From the IMG/VR virus record IMGVR_UViG_3300001580_000013, positions 23,742 to 87,741 of that record: DNA of 64,000 bases; one strand, given 5' to 3'. The notes under the pieces are model-generated. The model worked only from the letters and a program-made list of their open reading frames with translations. It was not told where the DNA came from and ran no database searches. The stretch is from a virus (lineage: Duplodnaviria; Caudoviricetes). The translations under genes were made by a program, and so were the position numbers. Of this stretch, positions 59,991 through 64,000 are shown in pieces (the stretch's first letter is position 1; each line of letters opens with the position of its first letter).

Positions 59991-60228
59991 GTGTTTCTTC
60001 ATCTTTTTTTGGATTAGCAGTGTTCCAATTTTTTATTAAGTCATGCTGTAATTCGGTTAGATGTAAAATTGATCGAGAAAATTGGTGGGATTTATCAAAA
60101 ACTCTGCTATACATTATTTTTTTGCAAACCCCACAAGTTATAACCCAACCAACCGCGAAATCATGTATTAAACTGCTCAATCTAACTTCATCTATTTTGC
60201 AACATTTATTTATTTCCAATACTAACAC

Positions 60229-61575
60229 CTATATAACACTGATTTCATTTTTCAGAATAATATCTATTTCAGGTGAATAATCTCTTCCAGTGAATATTTT
60301 GTTATCATAAATTGTTACACCATCATGATAAACTACAGCGTGAGTATCAAAATATTTATCAACAGTATTGACAACACAGATTCCTTGCTGCCAGTTTGGT
60401 TGACTCTTCCCCGGAACACTACCATCTATATTACACAAACAGCCGATACTTTCAACAAACATTTTTTCTATTCCATGTCTGCCATGAGAAGTTTTAAATA
60501 TCTTTTCTATCGTGTGTTTGTGCCCCTGTATAGTAGATATTCTGCTATTGGCTAATTCTTTGTTGATGTTAATATATTCACCATGAACTACCCTCAAATT
60601 ATCGTTGATCCAATAGCTGTCCTGTGGATATCTCTCAAGATAATTAACACCCAATTGTTCCAAATTTAGTAAATTTTTCAATGACAGAATACTATAATCT
60701 GTTCCAAAAGTTTTTAGTGTGTAAGCAAATGCCATGTATTCGTACGCATAATTCTTTAATCTGTCCTCGTGGTTTCCTGCCAAATAAATGATATTGGCAT
60801 TTGAAACACTTTTTATTCTCATCAAGAAAAATGCCATCTCTGTTAAGGCTGATTGAGTAGTAAAATAAAATCCCGGTTCTTTGATGAATTTTTTGCTCGC
60901 TTCACTGCAATCAATCATATCCCCAAGTATAATAATTTCATCTGGTTTTATGTAGTCTATCAATTGTAGTGTCAAATCCATAGCAGTTCTATCATGATAT
61001 GGTTCAAGTTTTCCTTGAATTTTTCTAAATCCAATTTGACTATCTCCAATTATCACTGATGTTTTTATATTATCTTTTTTCGGGGAAATTTTTGGTACAG
61101 AGACATTTGACAGAATTATTTGTTTTAGTTCTGGAAATTGCGGTTTCTCTGGTTTAAGTTTTTTCAGAACCACCGTGCACTGATTGTTCGCATTTTTTTC
61201 GTTACCCCAAGCATTAAAAGTTAGTTTATCAATATACCAAATAGTCAAATCAATTTTATAAAACTCTATTACTTCTTTCTCTGACTTTGGAATATTAAAA
61301 CCCTTGCTTATTATTATTTTTTCATCGCCATTTATTGTTTCTTGGGTGTTTACTGATGATAGATTTTGCCCAGTACAATCAATATATCCATCATATCCAT
61401 CCGATATGCGTGGGGCTAGATTATTTCTTCTTGTACATAACTGTATGGCGTTCACAGAATAATATTGACCATGATTTTTTTCAATATAATGCGATATCTG
61501 ATTATATTGACCCGTTATACCTTTGACTAGTGGATGTTCGGCATAATATTCAATTAAAATTTCTTTTAATGTCAT
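60229..61575 (-). CDS. large metallophosphoesterase with N-terminal extension
   Basis: IIGDSQIG, ILGDMID, AGNHEDRL, VVHG, QGHKH motifs. Confidence 0.85.
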   Translation of the reverse strand: MTLKEILIEYYAEHPLVKGITGQYNQISHYIEKNHGQYYSVNAIQLCTRRNNLAPRISDGYDGYIDCTGQNLSSVNTQETINGDEKIIISKGFNIPKSEKEVIEFYKIDLTIWYIDKLTFNAWGNEKNANNQCTVVLKKLKPEKPQFPELKQIILSNVSVPKISPKKDNIKTSVIIGDSQIGFRKIQGKLEPYHDRTAMDLTLQLIDYIKPDEIIILGDMIDCSEASKKFIKEPGFYFTTQSALTEMAFFLMRIKSVSNANIIYLAGNHEDRLKNYAYEYMAFAYTLKTFGTDYSILSLKNLLNLEQLGVNYLERYPQDSYWINDNLRVVHGEYININKELANSRISTIQGHKHTIEKIFKTSHGRHGIEKMFVESIGCLCNIDGSVPGKSQPNWQQGICVVNTVDKYFDTHAVVYHDGVTIYDNKIFTGRDYSPEIDIILKNEISVI

Positions 61576-62031
61576 TTATTCACCTTTAGTAAATTTAAAA
61601 TTAACTTCCGATTTTACATTATTAAACAAAAATGATATTGAATTTTCGATCACCATCTCGAAAGAAAAAATGTAAATCGGAATATTTGCTTTATTTTTCA
61701 CTTTTAAATCTTTTATTCTGACATTTTTGTAAAATGCATCTGGAACTTCTTTGTTGTGTGAATCCGCATCTTCAAGTTTGAACAAATCCAAACACAATCC
61801 AAACATAGACAGATCACCAAAATCCACATCTTTGAATGGCATCGGTTGAATATTAAGAAGAGTAGCAGAAACCGATGAATTAAATTTTGCAAGAGAATCA
61901 TAATCAATGTCATCTGATTCAATTTTGAATTTACATAGCGGGGTGTATGATACCGTTCCATCTTCATTTTTTTGTTTTTTTGTTCCAGCAGATACGGATA
62001 TAATTTTTCCGGAAAATACTTCGTTTAACAT
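61576..62031 (-). CDS. hypothetical protein (151 aa)
   Basis: ORF with GGAG RBS. Confidence 0.6.
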   Translation of the reverse strand: MLNEVFSGKIISVSAGTKKQKNEDGTVSYTPLCKFKIESDDIDYDSLAKFNSSVSATLLNIQPMPFKDVDFGDLSMFGLCLDLFKLEDADSHNKEVPDAFYKNVRIKDLKVKNKANIPIYIFSFEMVIENSISFLFNNVKSEVNFKFTKGE

Positions 62032-62250
62032 TTGCTGCTCCTATTATTTATTTTTTAATTATCTCTGTGACCATAATTTATGATAGTTGAATGACTGACT
62101 CTTTTCATAAATTCTTCTTTTGTTATTTGTTCTTCAAACCAAGAATACTCGAAGTTTTTTCTGTCCCAGCCATCGGGGTCTTTTACTTCAATTCTTAATT
62201 CTTGCACCCAATCGTAGCTTGTTTTTTTCATATTTTCTCCAAGTTATATT

Positions 62251-62652
62251 TTACCAAAGAAATTCGGCATTTTTAAAAGATAATTGTTTTTTAATATTTG
62301 GTTCTATTACTTCTTCCCAAATCGTGTACCTGTTAGCCAATCCTGCTCCTATTTTTGATATTAAATATGTTTTATCGGGAGTTAAAGATATAAGCATCTG
62401 TAATTTTATCAATTCGTTTAAAAATACCTCTTCAAATTCCTTTGGTTTATAAAAATCTTCATCACGATAACTCGGAGCTTTCTTAGTAATAAATCCATAA
62501 GTATTCGGAAGATGTCTCAGTTTTGCTGCTCCACCATTTCCAATTCTTAGTAAATTATCTCCAAAGACAAATATGTGATCAGGATGCTCTTTTAACCACT
62601 GTTCGGTTACTTCAAAATCAATAAAATTATCCATTGAGAGTTTCTCCATCAA
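62251..62652 (-). CDS. macrodomain-like phage protein
   Basis: IFVFGDN..RIGNGGAAK...YGF.TKK and IGAGLA glycine loops resemble macro-fold ADP-ribose-binding loops. Confidence 0.6.
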   Translation of the reverse strand: MMEKLSMDNFIDFEVTEQWLKEHPDHIFVFGDNLLRIGNGGAAKLRHLPNTYGFITKKAPSYRDEDFYKPKEFEEVFLNELIKLQMLISLTPDKTYLISKIGAGLANRYTIWEEVIEPNIKKQLSFKNAEFLW

Positions 62653-63139
62653 TTTTATGATAACGATACAAACATTTCAAATTACTTCTTTTTGCTGATC
62701 TGCTTCCATCGTATGCTACTGTAATTCCAATAAAATATCCACCGAAATATTCAACAAAGTCTCTAACTTTATTAGCTGTGATTCCATTGAAATAGGAATC
62801 ATCCACAAAAACCCAATCAGTATATCCAAGATTTATTCTTTGTTGAAATTCATCGTTAAATACCGCATCAACATAGTTTCCATCAGGTCTTAAATTTCCA
62901 TTAACAAGAAAAATTTCAGGATAAAGTTTTTTTAGTTTTGCTCCAAATTTTCCGCTTGCTATAACATTTATTCTTGGTGGTTTAAAATCCATAGAATTTT
63001 TTGATTCAAAATCAAGAGCAATATCTATTAAATAAGAAAGAAGTCTTGAATTACTTCTAACGAGATCATCCAGAGCATCAAAAAACTTTTCACCACCTTC
63101 GTGTTTTTTAATACACTCGTAAACTATTTGATCTATCAT
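62627..63139 (-). CDS. type I phosphoribosyltransferase-fold protein
   Basis: PRPP-binding loop VFVDDSYFNGITA followed by VAYDG; promoter TTGACA-N17-TAGCTT at 63164-63192. Confidence 0.7.
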   Translation of the reverse strand: MIDQIVYECIKKHEGGEKFFDALDDLVRSNSRLLSYLIDIALDFESKNSMDFKPPRINVIASGKFGAKLKKLYPEIFLVNGNLRPDGNYVDAVFNDEFQQRINLGYTDWVFVDDSYFNGITANKVRDFVEYFGGYFIGITVAYDGSRSAKRSNLKCLYRYHKIDGETLNG

Positions 63140-63200
63140 TTTCTCTCCTGTTTAATTTGATACAAGCTAAAACAATTTTTATAATTTGTCAAGAGTTATT

Positions 63201-63578
63201 TTAACAACCACTAATTATTTCAGAATCAGAATCTTCGGATTTAATCAAATAATCATAAAGACGACCAGCATCAGAAAAATCAACATCCACACCATTCTTG
63301 TCAGTGATCATTCCTCTCTTCCACTTTTTACCGTAATCCAACTCATAAATGAAATAATCTATATCCGAACCATATTCATCGGTTTTTTGTAAATCAAACA
63401 TTTCATTCAACAAATCTATTATAATTGATGTATAAGCATCACACGGAACATATCTCAATGCCCAACAATCAAATGCAGAGGAAACTGCTTTAGAATATTC
63501 CTCATCCTTTTCTTCAGCTTCTTTCAGTGATGTCAGAATTTTGATGAATTTTTCTTTGCTTATCATTGTAGTCCTCAT
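63201..63578 (-). CDS. phage hypothetical protein
   Basis: IDYFIYELDYGK motif typical of a common phage hypothetical family. Confidence 0.6.
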   Translation of the reverse strand: MRTTMISKEKFIKILTSLKEAEEKDEEYSKAVSSAFDCWALRYVPCDAYTSIIIDLLNEMFDLQKTDEYGSDIDYFIYELDYGKKWKRGMITDKNGVDVDFSDAGRLYDYLIKSEDSDSEIISGC

Positions 63579-63773
63579 ATTTTTTGCAAGATTTTAGAGA
63601 TCGAAGAGTGTGAAGAAAACAACAAGATTTAAAATCAGAATCATAATTTTCACATTCTTCATTTTTACAGGGCGGATTTTTTGTGTTATTTTCGTTCATG
63701 ATCTCTCCTTTATAAATTTTGTGCCACCGACCAACAATACAAATATAAAACATAATAAACATTTTGTCAATAT

Positions 63774-64000
63774 TTATTTCAACCATTTTCTAATAGCATT
63801 ATCACTAACACCATATTTTCTACCACATCCTTTATATCCCAACTCATTTATATCTCGCATCAACAATTCTTTCGTTGGTCTATTTACTTTTCGTTGTTTT
63901 ATTTTTGCGCATCCACCGCAAACCGATCCAATTTTACTCTTTTTTTCTCCACCACAAACAGAGCACAAATAAATCTTCTTTTCTTTTTTTATTTTAATCT
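63774..64000 (-). CDS. C-terminal Zn-finger + HTH of a probable HNH-type endonuclease (truncated by the window edge)
   Basis: The frame stays open to the window end; CSVC...CGGC then RPTKE.L......GY...GRKYGVSDNAIRKW. The nuclease domain is not visible here. Confidence 0.55.
   Translation of the reverse strand, partial: IKIKKEKKIYLCSVCGGEKKSKIGSVCGGCAKIKQRKVNRPTKELLMRDINELGYKGCGRKYGVSDNAIRKWLK

Noticed and set aside
62627-63139. NAD-reconstitution pathway (NARP1 Adps) assignment for the PRTase
   Set aside because: The protein has a single 170-aa PRTase domain and no NAMPT-like partner is in the window.
156-63972. Numerous 60-175 aa plus-strand ORFs antisense to recognised genes
   Set aside because: They have F/L/S/I-rich shadow composition, no RBS or promoter, and fully overlap better-supported minus-strand genes.

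Overview
This window is a 64 kb slice of a large, AT-rich, T4-like (myovirus/jumbo-type) phage genome, with almost all genes on the minus strand. It has three parts. (1) About 1-21.8 kb is a hypervariable early region of short ORFs punctuated by a repeated sigma70 promoter/RBS cassette (TTGACA-N17-TATATT...GGAGAG). It includes a SleB-like hydrolase, metallophosphoesterases, an interrupted HAD phosphatase, a KH-domain protein, an NDT-like enzyme, a P-loop kinase, Thg1 and an AEP-like protein. (2) About 21.8-48.2 kb is a late/virion region marked by T4-type TATAAATA boxes: gp21 protease, holin-like genes, tail/virion proteins, a 2459-aa protein, gp20 portal, gp2, gp4, gp3, plus gp62 and two repeat-rich homing-type endonucleases. 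(3) About 50.3-64 kb is a replication/recombination block: gp46, gp47, gp61 primase, RNase H, the C-terminal half of a split gp43 polymerase, gp45, and accessory enzymes. The most striking element is a family of four divergent but intact TnpB genes. They share a conserved 3-prime RNA scaffold (two hairpins plus a predicted pseudoknot ending in GACTGT), each followed by a different flanking guide. All four lie downstream of a TATAAATA late-promoter box, and none has a catalytic transposase (one keeps only an IS607 TnpA HTH). This suggests phage-adapted RNA-guided homing-like nucleases. No CRISPR array, tRNA, rRNA or intein was recognised. All annotations come from motif recognition by eye; no database searches were run.
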